Positions 19,485-29,571 of a stretch of 64,000 nucleotides of DNA are shown piece by piece (position 1 is the first letter of the stretch; each line of letters opens with the position of its first letter). The position numbers and the translations under genes are program-made. Under the pieces are notes generated by a model that searched no databases, had not been told where the DNA came from, and saw only the letters and a list, made by a program, of their open reading frames with translations. The stretch is from Candidatus Helarchaeota archaeon (GTDB lineage Archaea > Asgardarchaeota > Lokiarchaeia > Helarchaeales > RDOG01), in assembly GCA_019058315.1 (NCBI GenBank), contig JAHPZH010000001.1, positions 1,297,432 through 1,361,431 of the forward strand, given 5' to 3'.

Positions 19485-20570
19485 ATGGTATTTGAATTTT
19501 TACCTAATGTAATTATTATATTAAACATAGGAATTAATTTTATCGAAGTTGCATTAGAATTACAGATATTTATACTTTTTATATCAAATGCCAGAAAAGG
19601 TCTGAGTGAGAAAGGTATTCATGGACCATTGAATATAAGATTCGGTTTATCATCTCTATTTCTTACTTTAGGTCGTATTTCTTTTATTATATGGGATTAT
19701 ATTATTCAAAATTCTTTAGCTCGAATAACTGCTTGGATTTTTACATTTCTTGGTATAATTTTTATAGGGTTTGTTTTCTATCGTGTTTTTGACAAATATT
19801 TACCAAAACTAAAATTATACTTAACATTATCTGTGTTAATAGGAATAGCAATATTTTTCATTTATTTTATTTTTATTTTCTTATTAAAAATGACTTTACT
19901 CATCTATTTTATATTTGCAGTATTAACCGGTCTGCTTGTTTTTCCTTTAATCTATGCTTTTACTAAATGTTTTATAGAAATTGGGAGTGAATTCAGAAAA
20001 TATATTGTTGCTATAATGATTGGATTGTTTGCTTCAGTTACAGGTTATTTGATCGCTTCAATGCATCCGTTTATCAGCGTTGAACATAGTATGATTGTAA
20101 AATTCATAGGGCATATGATATTTGTATCAGGAATTATTTTTTTTGCTGTAGGTTTTTGGAGTCTTCCTTCACTTAAAGAATTGGAATGGAGAGACAAAAT
20201 AAAACATTTATATATAATACTTGAGGGGGGAGTAAATATTTATGACCATTCTTTTATAATCGAAGATACTTTTCAAAGTGATCTGATGGCTGGAGGTATT
20301 TCAGGAATAACTACCTTAATGCAAGAATTAACAAAAAGTAAGGAAAGAGCAGAAGTTATAAGACAGAAAGATGTTCAAATTTTATTTAAATATGGAAAAT
20401 TTATCACTGCAGCATTAATTGCTGTTGAAGATTTGGAAATTCTTCACTTTAAATTAAAAAAGTTAGTAGATGAATTTGAAATATTATTTCAATATATTCT
20501 ACCCAAATGGAAAGGAGATTTAGAAATATTTTCACCAGTCAAAGTAATGGTTGAGAGGATTTTTACATAA
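19485..20570 (+). CDS. 7TM membrane domain + C-terminal longin-like domain
   Basis: Seven hydrophobic segments in aa ~9-225; tail (WRDKIKHLYI..GGVNIY...LMAGGISGI...WKGDLEIF) aligns with the TPR-longin tails. Confidence 0.8.
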   Translation: MVFEFLPNVIIILNIGINFIEVALELQIFILFISNARKGLSEKGIHGPLNIRFGLSSLFLTLGRISFIIWDYIIQNSLARITAWIFTFLGIIFIGFVFYRVFDKYLPKLKLYLTLSVLIGIAIFFIYFIFIFLLKMTLLIYFIFAVLTGLLVFPLIYAFTKCFIEIGSEFRKYIVAIMIGLFASVTGYLIASMHPFISVEHSMIVKFIGHMIFVSGIIFFAVGFWSLPSLKELEWRDKIKHLYIILEGGVNIYDHSFIIEDTFQSDLMAGGISGITTLMQELTKSKERAEVIRQKDVQILFKYGKFITAALIAVEDLEILHFKLKKLVDEFEILFQYILPKWKGDLEIFSPVKVMVERIFT

Positions 20571-20709
20571 TTATATACTTTTAAACTTCAAGCGGAGGAA
20601 GCGGTGAAACAATAGTATCTTCACATTTTTCAACTGTGGGATAATTCCATCATTCTGGAGGTATCTGAAATGTCGATGAAATATGATATCGAAACTGGCT
20701 ATGAAGATT

Positions 20710-21486
20710 TCAATCAGGCCATCCAATTCTGCGTTTAAACCAATCTGGCATAGAAAAGCAGATATAATAAATAATTGCAGATACAATATATAAGACTTGG
20801 ATGATTCTAAACTCAGCTGTAACTGATGTAATAAGAACAGGTATAGCGAAAAATAAGATGCCTGTCCCTAACCATATGGATAGGTTACTTTGAGGTCTAT
20901 TTTCTTCCCGAATTTTTACAGCAAAATAATAGAAAACCCCTATTGGAATCACCGCAGTTGTACCAACACTGAGGAAACGAACTACTTGAATTTCAAAAGA
21001 ATAAACTGTTACAAAATTAAGGACATTAGAATACGGAGGGCCTTGAATAACTGCCCAGGATTGAGTTCCTATATAAATTGCTGATATAACTAACAAAATA
21101 GCTAATACAATTTTATATCGTTTTGGAAAAGTCATACGAATTGCAAATAAATTAACACATAAGTATGTAAATTGAGCTGGAAATAGAGTAATTATTGTTA
21201 AAAGTTCGCCTAGTCCAGGTAAACCAAAGGTTGAATAACATAAAGATTGTAAGGTCAAAAGAACATTAGCTGGGATTAGCGAGATCATCCCTAGTAAAAA
21301 TAATAACGTCTCAACAGATTCTCTTTTTTTGTAATTTTTATATAATCTATAAATTATGCCAGCTACTAAAATCCCAGCTGTTAGACTTATTGAGAGCATA
21401 AAAAGTTCAAACAATTGACTAGAAAGAGAGCTCCCAACAATCATATTCGACATATACTGAAGAGAGTATTCCCAAGAAACAGCCAT
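20710..21486 (-). CDS. 7TM membrane protein without cytoplasmic domain
   Basis: Seven hydrophobic segments; ends MPDWFKRRIGW; paralogue of 30232. Confidence 0.78.
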   Translation of the reverse strand: MAVSWEYSLQYMSNMIVGSSLSSQLFELFMLSISLTAGILVAGIIYRLYKNYKKRESVETLLFLLGMISLIPANVLLTLQSLCYSTFGLPGLGELLTIITLFPAQFTYLCVNLFAIRMTFPKRYKIVLAILLVISAIYIGTQSWAVIQGPPYSNVLNFVTVYSFEIQVVRFLSVGTTAVIPIGVFYYFAVKIREENRPQSNLSIWLGTGILFFAIPVLITSVTAEFRIIQVLYIVSAIIYYICFSMPDWFKRRIGWPD

Positions 21487-21758
21487 AATTTTTTCCCTCT
21501 GTGTTTTTTAATTTTATTTTAAATGGTAATCCTATAATTCCAAAACTATCCATTACTTTTTACTAACTCATATAAATATTTTTTAGAAATGAAAAAATTG
21601 ATTTTGAGACAAATAAATAGAGATTATAGTTGATTATTGAATAAGGCTGTATATCTATGAAAAATATAAATCTTGAGGGTAAAATCTCACCCATCGTAAC
21701 AGTATATAATAGAAATAGAAACTACATCTAACTATATTTAGATTTTAATGAATGAGAC

Positions 21759-22952
21759 TTAATGTTTTAGATTTAATGGAGGTAAGGGTGGTACTTTATC
21801 ATTCCAGTTCTCTGAAACTGGATAATCCCACCATTCGGGAGGAATTTTTGAATAATCACCATATTTTTTTAGACCTCTTACAAAAGCCCTAATATTTTTT
21901 GATGGTACTTTGATATGCTCCGGCTGGGCATAAAAATAGGCACCAAATCCACCCTTTTTCGTACCAAGGTTTCTCATCATATGCCACACTTCACGTTCAC
22001 ATTCTTCTGGAGTCCCTTGGGTATATATTGATTGGATATTTACACATCCCCAGAACATAATCTTTCCACGAAACGGTTTCAAATCAGTATAACCACTCAT
22101 ACGAGGACTATCAAATTCTAATGCATCTAGCTTCCAATCAATAAAGTGTGGAACTAACTGATCGATTTTTCCACAAGAGTGTAAGTGAAATTCACAACCT
22201 AGATCATGTGCAGCTTCAAATAATGGACGGTAAAGAGGTTCATAGAACTCTTTAAACATTTTTAAGCTCATAAATGGACTATTTTGAGTTCCAAGGTCGT
22301 CAGCTATTATAAAACCATGGGGTTTTCCTCCAAGTTTTACCCACATTTTCATATTTTTTATGAACCAATCTTTTAGATAGTTAAGAAGGTATTTCACTTT
22401 ATCTGGATTAAGAATATGATCGGCCATGAAATTTTCAAATCCTCTAATATAGGTTGCAACTGAAAATGGTGCATGGGGGCCTAATAAGACCATTCGATAT
22501 TTATTTTTTCCAAATTCTTTAGTCATATTTATGAATAAGGAATATCGACTTTTATCTTCAGGATCGGGTGTATAACGTTCTAAATATTCATCCAATTTAT
22601 CCCAATTAGGAAGAGATGGTCTAGCAGGGTGTCCAATAGTTTGCATAGTTCCTTGTTGCCAAATACACCCCCATTCATCTATCTCTTCGTGTGGTAGTTT
22701 CCACCACTCTTTATATTTTGGATCCTTAGCCCATTCTGGAGGATTTTCTTGCCATTTTTTTGTTAATACTGAATAAGAAAAAGAATATGGAAACAATCCT
22801 TTTTCATCTTCGGCAAAACCCGGTCTCCAATTCTTTGATGGCATGGTCACTAGAGGCCATACATCGCTATTAGATTTTCCATAATTCATTATAGGAACTT
22901 TATCTGGACCTGAAAAATTTATAGCGGCTTTAACTCTTTCTAATGAATTCAT
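21759..22952 (-). CDS. URO-D/MtaA-fold methyltransferase family protein
   Basis: MNSLERV..GPDKVP, DEWGC.W, ADDLGTQ, HSCG and FWGCVNIQ. Confidence 0.85.
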   Translation of the reverse strand: MNSLERVKAAINFSGPDKVPIMNYGKSNSDVWPLVTMPSKNWRPGFAEDEKGLFPYSFSYSVLTKKWQENPPEWAKDPKYKEWWKLPHEEIDEWGCIWQQGTMQTIGHPARPSLPNWDKLDEYLERYTPDPEDKSRYSLFINMTKEFGKNKYRMVLLGPHAPFSVATYIRGFENFMADHILNPDKVKYLLNYLKDWFIKNMKMWVKLGGKPHGFIIADDLGTQNSPFMSLKMFKEFYEPLYRPLFEAAHDLGCEFHLHSCGKIDQLVPHFIDWKLDALEFDSPRMSGYTDLKPFRGKIMFWGCVNIQSIYTQGTPEECEREVWHMMRNLGTKKGGFGAYFYAQPEHIKVPSKNIRAFVRGLKKYGDYSKIPPEWWDYPVSENWNDKVPPLPPLNLKH

Positions 22953-22985
22953 ACAAATTCCAAATGTTTATTAATTTATTTTAAT

Positions 22986-24182
22986 CTATTCATTTTTTGG
23001 GATTAGAGGAAGTGGTGGGACAATATTATCTTTCCACACTTCAATTGTTGGTTGAACCCACCATTGAGGGGGTATTTTTGAATAATCCCCATATTTTTTA
23101 AGACCTTTTGTAAATGCTCTTACGTTTGCTGGAGGAACGCCAAGTTGTTCTGGCTCTGGATAAATATAGGCACCAAATCCGCCATCCTTGGTTCCAAGAT
23201 TTCGCATCATATGCCAGACTTCTCTTTCACAATCTTCAGGTGTCCCTTTGGGATATATTGTTTGGATATTAATACAACCCCAAAACATAATTTTTCCTCG
23301 GTATGGTTTTAAATCGGTATATCCGCTCATACGTGGGCTATCAAATTCAAAAGCATCTAGCTTCCAGTCTATAAAGTAAGGAAGTAGTTTATCTATTTTA
23401 CCACAGGTATGTTGGTGAAATTCACATCCAAGATCATGAGCAGTTTCATATAAAGTGTGGAATAATGGTTTATACAATTTTTCAAACATTTTTGGTTTAA
23501 TAAATGGACCTTGTTGGGTTCCTAAATCTTCAAATATCAAGAATCCATGGGGTTCACCACCGTATTTAACCCAACATTTCATGTTTTTAACAAACCAATC
23601 CTTAAGATAATTAAAGAGATATTCAAGCTTCTCGGGATGAATTGCATGATCAATCATAAAATTTTCAAAACCTCGCATATTAGACGCGATCCATTGTGGG
23701 GCTAAGGGTCCTAAAAGTGCCATTCTATATTGATTTTTACCAAATTGTTTACTTAATTTTAGAAAAAAAGAATATCGGCTCTTATCCTCGGGATCGGGAG
23801 TATAGCGATCTAAATATTCTTCAAGTTTAGACCAATCAGGTAGTGAAGGTCTTCCAGGGTGCCCCATGGTTTTTATAGTTCCATGTTCCCAAATGCATCC
23901 CCATTCATCTATTTCTTGGTGTGGTTTTTTCCACCAATTTTCATATTTCGGATCTTTTGCCCATTCTGGCATATTTTCATTCCATTTTTTTAAAAATTCA
24001 GGGAATGCATAATTATATGGAAAAAGGCCTTCTTCATCCTTTGCATAACCCGGTTTCCAATCTTCAGAAGGCATAGTAATGAGGGGAAACACATCACTAT
24101 TTGGCATTCCAAAATTCATTATTGGCACTTTATCGGGTCCTTCAAATTTCAATGCAGCTTTTACCCTTTCTATTGAATTCAT
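22986..24182 (-). CDS. URO-D/MtaA-fold methyltransferase family protein (tandem duplicate of 21759)
   Basis: Same motifs (HTCG); long identical stretches with 21759. Confidence 0.85.
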   Translation of the reverse strand: MNSIERVKAALKFEGPDKVPIMNFGMPNSDVFPLITMPSEDWKPGYAKDEEGLFPYNYAFPEFLKKWNENMPEWAKDPKYENWWKKPHQEIDEWGCIWEHGTIKTMGHPGRPSLPDWSKLEEYLDRYTPDPEDKSRYSFFLKLSKQFGKNQYRMALLGPLAPQWIASNMRGFENFMIDHAIHPEKLEYLFNYLKDWFVKNMKCWVKYGGEPHGFLIFEDLGTQQGPFIKPKMFEKLYKPLFHTLYETAHDLGCEFHQHTCGKIDKLLPYFIDWKLDAFEFDSPRMSGYTDLKPYRGKIMFWGCINIQTIYPKGTPEDCEREVWHMMRNLGTKDGGFGAYIYPEPEQLGVPPANVRAFTKGLKKYGDYSKIPPQWWVQPTIEVWKDNIVPPLPLIPKNE

Positions 24183-24206
24183 TCAATCTCCAACCAAGAT
24201 TTATAT

Positions 24207-25667
24207 CTAAATATACCTTTTTTTAACCCAATGGGGATTATCACTAGTATCAAGATACCACCTAAGTAATTGTTCTTTTAAATCTAATTTAATTTTCAAA
24301 AAATTATCTTCATCTATTAAGTTGAATAATTCTTGAGGATCATTTTTTAAATTATATAATTCTTCTTTAGAACCATTTCGAATAACTAGTTTCCATTTAT
24401 TAGTTCTAATCATAGCAGAACGGGTAACAGTAGATCGATCTTCAATAGGAATATTAGTTTTGTCGTAATAAATTCCTGCTAATGGTGTCTCTGGAGATTT
24501 GACAACACCTTCAAAAGCTTGTGGTTCACGTGGATTATAACCACCTTCAGAAAATACTGCTTTTCTATGGATTTCCTCTTCTCCTTTTAATAAAGGAATT
24601 ATTGATTTACCAAAATGAGTATAAGGGGTATTAACCTGAGCAATTTCTAATATTGTTGGAAAGATATCTATTGATTCAACTAATTGATTGAATATTTCAT
24701 TTTTAGGTTTAATATCAGGAATTTTACAAACAAAGGGAATATTAACAAGGCAATCTTGAAAAGCATTTGCCCATTTTTCTGTTAAGCCATAATTACCCGC
24801 ATAATCTCCATGGTCGGCAGTAAAGAATATAGCTGAATTATTAAAAGCTCCTATTTCTCTTAATTTGCTTAGAATTTGTCCAAATTGATAATCAACTCTT
24901 GATACCATCCCATAATAAGTTGCAATTATTTCTCTAAAATCACTTTCACTTAATTTATTCAATCCATACCGTTCATGCATTAAACGCATAAATTCTGGTT
25001 TATCTTCTAATTTTGATGGTATTAGAGCTGGAACTTTGGATCTATCATACATCGAAAAATAAGGCTCTTCAACGTTATACGGCGGATGTGGAAATGCTAA
25101 AGCAATATAAAGGCAAAAAGGGCTATTTGGCTTTGACTTTGAATCAAGATATTCTAATGCTTTTTTAATAACAATAGAATCAAAATCATAAGCTTGTTCT
25201 TCAGAACGTTTTCCATAATAAAATGATTTTCTCAAATGGTGGTCTATAGGATAGGGATTAGTTTTCATTTTAATTTTATATAATTCCTTAAAAATTGAAA
25301 TTCGTTTAGAAAAACTTCCTTTTATTGCATCTCTATTAATTAGATCATTTCTTCCAACCCAGACAACTTCGTAGCCGTTATTTTTCAATAATCTAAATAA
25401 ATTTTCTTCCTCTGGACGTAGTAATTGATATAAGCTCCTATGACCATTTGTGTGAGGATATAATCCAGTAAACATACAACATCTAGATGGACCACAAACG
25501 GGATTTACGGTGAAATATTGAGTAAATGCTGCACCTTCTTTTGTCAAACTATCGATATTCGGAGTTTTTATTACTTTATTATGCGTTCCTCCTAAAGAAA
25601 CAGTGTCGCCCCGCATCTCATCGGCAATAAAGATAACGATATTGGGAAGTTTTTTTATCTCTGCCAT
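24207..25667 (-). CDS. Cys-type (formylglycine-dependent) sulfatase
   Basis: PNIVIFIADE, CGPSR (CxPxR), TG.YP, PHPPY and ADHG; no signal peptide. Confidence 0.92.
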   Translation of the reverse strand: MAEIKKLPNIVIFIADEMRGDTVSLGGTHNKVIKTPNIDSLTKEGAAFTQYFTVNPVCGPSRCCMFTGLYPHTNGHRSLYQLLRPEEENLFRLLKNNGYEVVWVGRNDLINRDAIKGSFSKRISIFKELYKIKMKTNPYPIDHHLRKSFYYGKRSEEQAYDFDSIVIKKALEYLDSKSKPNSPFCLYIALAFPHPPYNVEEPYFSMYDRSKVPALIPSKLEDKPEFMRLMHERYGLNKLSESDFREIIATYYGMVSRVDYQFGQILSKLREIGAFNNSAIFFTADHGDYAGNYGLTEKWANAFQDCLVNIPFVCKIPDIKPKNEIFNQLVESIDIFPTILEIAQVNTPYTHFGKSIIPLLKGEEEIHRKAVFSEGGYNPREPQAFEGVVKSPETPLAGIYYDKTNIPIEDRSTVTRSAMIRTNKWKLVIRNGSKEELYNLKNDPQELFNLIDEDNFLKIKLDLKEQLLRWYLDTSDNPHWVKKRYI

Positions 25668-25766
25668 ATTTTTTCATTAACCAATTGATTAAATAAATTT
25701 ATTTAATAAAGAAAATGAATTAATGAGATAAAAATTTAAAATAAAAAAATAGAAAAATTAAAGATT

Positions 25767-27278
25767 TCAACTTTTCCGGGAAATGATTATAAATGCAATA
25801 AGAATTCCAACGGCTATTAATGATATTATGGCAATCACCCAAGCTACCAAATCAGGTTCAGTAGAACTTATTGGAATTGGTATGGTTTTTTCACTTGGAC
25901 CACTTGGACCACTAGGTGCAGAGTAGGATAAATAAAATACTTCTTCATCCGTTCCCCAATCACCAGTCGCTTGAACAGCAAAGACTATATGTATATTATC
26001 GTTATTGTCTGTGGTTATGCAGGGATCTTCATCGTCATTATCATTCCAATTGGTAAAATCATCTCCAATTACAGTTATTTTGGACATACCTGTTGGATTA
26101 ACCCTTCTATATAAAATTTCGTAATCAGTTCCAAATATATCTTGGTCATCTATCCAGACAACATGTGCATTACCAGCATTATCTACAGTCAACCTAGGGT
26201 ATTCACTGGAATCGGTATTCCATTCAGGAACATAATCTGAAATCACAGTTGCATTAGACCAAACTGTTGTATTATAGTATGCGTATATAATTTCTTCATC
26301 CGTTCCCCACTCACCATCGGTATTGTCAGCCCAAACCACGTGTATATTTCCATTATTATCTGTATCAATGTCAGGGCTGGAACTCGCACCATCATTCCAC
26401 CCATATACATCCGAAATACACGTTGCGTTTGACCAGCCTGCTGAAGTACAATTTGTATACAGTATTTCTGTATCAATACCCCATTCACCATCCGTACCAT
26501 CATTCCAGACCACATGTAAATTTCCGTTATCATCCGTGCAGATTCGAGGGTCTAGACTAGAACCGGTATTCCAATCATTAACCGCTGAAATCGCAGTTGC
26601 ATTGGACCAGATGCCGGCAGTATAATTCGCATACATTATTTCTGCATCACTACCCCATTCACCAACCGTCCAATCCTCCCAGACTACATGTATATATCCA
26701 TTATTATCTATTGCGATCTGGGGGTACCGGCTAATACCATCATTCCACAATGTATAATCGTCTGAAATACAAGTTGCATTCGACCAGCCTGCCGAAGTAT
26801 AATTTGCATACAATATTTCTTGATCATTTCCCCATTCGCCATCAGTATCATCATACCAAACTACATGTATATTTCCATTATTATCAATAGCAATGCTGGG
26901 GCAATAACTTGCTCCAATATTCCATAATGTATAATCGTCTGAAATACAAGTTGCGTTCGACCAAGCTAAACCATTATAGAATGCATAAAATATTTCATCA
27001 TCTGTTCCCCATTCACCATCCGTAGAATCTTTCCAGACCACATGTATATTTCCATTATTATCTGTTATGATTTCGCAATCATAACTACTGCCTATATTCC
27101 AATCATTAACGGCTGAAATCGCTGTAACATCTGACCAATCAGTAGTTTTTAAAACGACTCCGTTGTTATTATAGATTGTTATAGGAACACTGAAAGAAAA
27201 GTTGGTTATTAGAATACTGAATAACGAAAAAGATATTATTGCAGATATTAAAATGGCAAATTTTGAACTTTTTTTCAA
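25767..27278 (-). CDS. Secreted, C-terminally anchored 7-repeat beta-propeller-like acidic glycoprotein
   Basis: Signal peptide; 7 x ~58-aa repeats (DNNGNIHVVWxDxTDGEWGxDxEIxY); many NAT/NYT sequons; Pro/Ser linker + TM. Confidence 0.82.
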   Translation of the reverse strand: MKKSSKFAILISAIISFSLFSILITNFSFSVPITIYNNNGVVLKTTDWSDVTAISAVNDWNIGSSYDCEIITDNNGNIHVVWKDSTDGEWGTDDEIFYAFYNGLAWSNATCISDDYTLWNIGASYCPSIAIDNNGNIHVVWYDDTDGEWGNDQEILYANYTSAGWSNATCISDDYTLWNDGISRYPQIAIDNNGYIHVVWEDWTVGEWGSDAEIMYANYTAGIWSNATAISAVNDWNTGSSLDPRICTDDNGNLHVVWNDGTDGEWGIDTEILYTNCTSAGWSNATCISDVYGWNDGASSSPDIDTDNNGNIHVVWADNTDGEWGTDEEIIYAYYNTTVWSNATVISDYVPEWNTDSSEYPRLTVDNAGNAHVVWIDDQDIFGTDYEILYRRVNPTGMSKITVIGDDFTNWNDNDDEDPCITTDNNDNIHIVFAVQATGDWGTDEEVFYLSYSAPSGPSGPSEKTIPIPISSTEPDLVAWVIAIISLIAVGILIAFIIISRKS

Positions 27279-27394
27279 ATTAAAACTCTCCGTCTCTTTT
27301 ATATTATGATTTTTGTAGATAATTTTAATCTACAATTTTTGACTTTTGTTAGAATTTATTTAAAAAGTCTTTTTCAATTTATTTTTGCTATTTG

Positions 27395-27430
27395 TTAACT
27401 AATATTTAAAAATTAACTAATATTTAAAAA
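27395..27430. repeat. Perfect 18-bp tandem duplication TTAACTAATATTTAAAAA x2
   Basis: Read directly: 27395-27412 equals 27413-27430. Confidence 0.75.
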
Positions 27431-27450
27431 AATCAAACAATTTATTCTAC

Positions 27451-28098
27451 TTATTTATTTAATTCATTCATACGTTTTTTTACATCTTCTAAAAGTTCTA
27501 TAAGGGGTTTTATATTTGGTTTAATTTCTAATGTCTTTTCTATAAATTCAATAGCTTTCTTATAATCGCCTATTTTATAATACGCTTCCCCTAACGTCCA
27601 CAATCCATAAAGATATCGGGGATCAATTTTAACTGCTTTTTCAGCGTATTCAATTGCCTTTTGATAATTCTCCATTTCAAAATATGTATTTCCAATAAGC
27701 CACCATGCTTTTTTATTATTAGGCGCAATTTCAATCGCTTTTTCCATGCATTTAATCTTTTTTTGTGAGTTTCCTAATCCACCATAGGCTCTTCCCATGT
27801 AAATGAATGCCTCATCAATTCTAATTTCGGAAGAATCCCAAGGTCTTTCATTCCGAATTTCTGGAGGAGCTTCATCATAAATAGCTATCCCTTTTTCATA
27901 ACATTCAATTGCCTTCTCATAATTTTCCATTTGATCATAAACTAAACCAAGATTCAACCAAGGTCTGTGGTTTTCTGGTTCAATTTTAATAAGATTTTCG
28001 AAACATTTAATTGCTTCGTCGTTATTTTCCATCGCTCTATTGAAAAGTCCATCCCTTCTCCATTGGTAAGCATTTTTTCCATCAATTTTTTTTGGCAT
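27451..28098 (-). CDS. Tetratricopeptide repeat protein
   Basis: About five canonical TPRs (e.g. WLNLGLVY..MENYEKAIECYEK, AWWLIGNTY). Confidence 0.9.
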   Translation of the reverse strand: MPKKIDGKNAYQWRRDGLFNRAMENNDEAIKCFENLIKIEPENHRPWLNLGLVYDQMENYEKAIECYEKGIAIYDEAPPEIRNERPWDSSEIRIDEAFIYMGRAYGGLGNSQKKIKCMEKAIEIAPNNKKAWWLIGNTYFEMENYQKAIEYAEKAVKIDPRYLYGLWTLGEAYYKIGDYKKAIEFIEKTLEIKPNIKPLIELLEDVKKRMNELNK

Positions 28099-28173
28099 GA
28101 GAGTATATCACTTTTATGCTTTTTATTCATTAGTATTATATTATTGACTTATTTCCAATTAAGCTGAATAAAA

Positions 28174-29505
28174 ATGGTTTTTTTAGACGAAAAATGCACA
28201 AGATGTGGAACTTGTCTACACAAATGTCCAATTTTAGAATTGGATATAGAGGAAGCAAAGGCAGAAATTGAACGTGCAATCAATTGTAGCAAAGGAGACC
28301 TTTCACAAATTCCGGAAAAAATCATGTCCAAATGTTGTTCATGCTGGTCATGTTATTCGCTATGTCCTCAAGATGCCCATCCTACTGAATTATTTATCAA
28401 ATTATTTCATGATCGTTATATTAGAAATAATGGAATGAACCCATTGATGAGGATGGTCTTATCTGGTCATCCTGAAAATCTCTACAGTCTCCTTCATGAG
28501 AGCAAATATTTTACAAAATCTGAATTAGAAGCAATAAATAATTGGAAACCAGAAAATATCCCCCAAACCAAAGAAATTTTACTAATGGGTTGTGGCAGTG
28601 AATTTGTTCCATATTTATTTGAAAATTCCAAATTGCTTTCTCCTTTTATTGGAAGAATTGGGGGTAAAGATTTTTGCTGTGGTGCGATGGATATTCAAAT
28701 GGGTCTAAAGGAATCCACAGAAAGCATATTAAAAAGAAGTTATAAAAGTCTGAAATGGTTAGGGGTCGAAAAAATCATTACTTGGTGTACAGGTTGTTAT
28801 GGTCAATTTAAAGAGGTTGCATTACAATATGAACCAGGCTTCAAAGATTTTGAAATTCAGCATATCTTAGAATATTTTAAAGAAAAATTTGATAAAGGAG
28901 AATTGATAGTTACCAACCCTTTGAATAATTTAACAGTTACTCTTCATGATCCTTGTTTTTCAAAACTATTAGGTCGTACTGGATTAGACATTCAAGAATT
29001 AGCTCGGGATTTAGTTAAGATTACAGGGGCTAAGATTGTTGAAATGAAACATAATCGAAAGACGGCCATGTGTTGTGGGTTGGCAAGTATTTCAAGTAGT
29101 AATGACATATCATCAGTTCAAACAGTCTATAGAAAGCGAATTAAAGAGGCAGATCAAGCATTGAATTATAATCCAAAAGACCCCGAGACCACGAAAAATA
29201 AAGCATTAATTTTGTATTGTTCAGCTTGTACTGGGACAATGATTACGATGGCTAATATGAGTAAGAAGGATGTTAAAAATGCACCTCCAATGTGGCAACT
29301 TTTTGAATTGATAGAGAAATCAATTGGAGATGAACGAGTTTATTTAGGGGAGAAAAAAAATCTTGATGGTAAATTTCATTATATGAGAGGAGCAAGAATG
29401 AAAGATTTATTAGTTGATGCAATGCAAAGATATGATCCCACAAAATTAGATCGTTTTGACAAAGTAAAAGAATTTATTCCTCCTATCAAAATTAAAACAA
29501 AATAA
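28174..29505 (+). CDS. Fe-S oxidoreductase, HdrD/GlpC-like (2x[4Fe-4S] + two CCG domains)
   Basis: CTRCGTCLHKCP, CCSCWSCYSLCP, FCCG...CTGC and HDPC...MCCG...CSAC. Confidence 0.88.
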   Translation: MVFLDEKCTRCGTCLHKCPILELDIEEAKAEIERAINCSKGDLSQIPEKIMSKCCSCWSCYSLCPQDAHPTELFIKLFHDRYIRNNGMNPLMRMVLSGHPENLYSLLHESKYFTKSELEAINNWKPENIPQTKEILLMGCGSEFVPYLFENSKLLSPFIGRIGGKDFCCGAMDIQMGLKESTESILKRSYKSLKWLGVEKIITWCTGCYGQFKEVALQYEPGFKDFEIQHILEYFKEKFDKGELIVTNPLNNLTVTLHDPCFSKLLGRTGLDIQELARDLVKITGAKIVEMKHNRKTAMCCGLASISSSNDISSVQTVYRKRIKEADQALNYNPKDPETTKNKALILYCSACTGTMITMANMSKKDVKNAPPMWQLFELIEKSIGDERVYLGEKKNLDGKFHYMRGARMKDLLVDAMQRYDPTKLDRFDKVKEFIPPIKIKTK

Positions 29506-29571
29506 AATTATAAGCTGTTGGGCTATTTAAGCTATTGTAGGAACTAATATATGTTTTAATATAAAACTAGA

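Noticed and set aside
20571-20786. 71-aa minus-strand ORF
   Set aside because: Overlaps the 3' end of 20710 in another frame; no supporting signal
13247-24182. Calling the URO-D family genes hemE
   Set aside because: HxC metal motifs and adjacent corrinoid proteins fit methyltransferases; the HemE W.MRQAGR motif is absent
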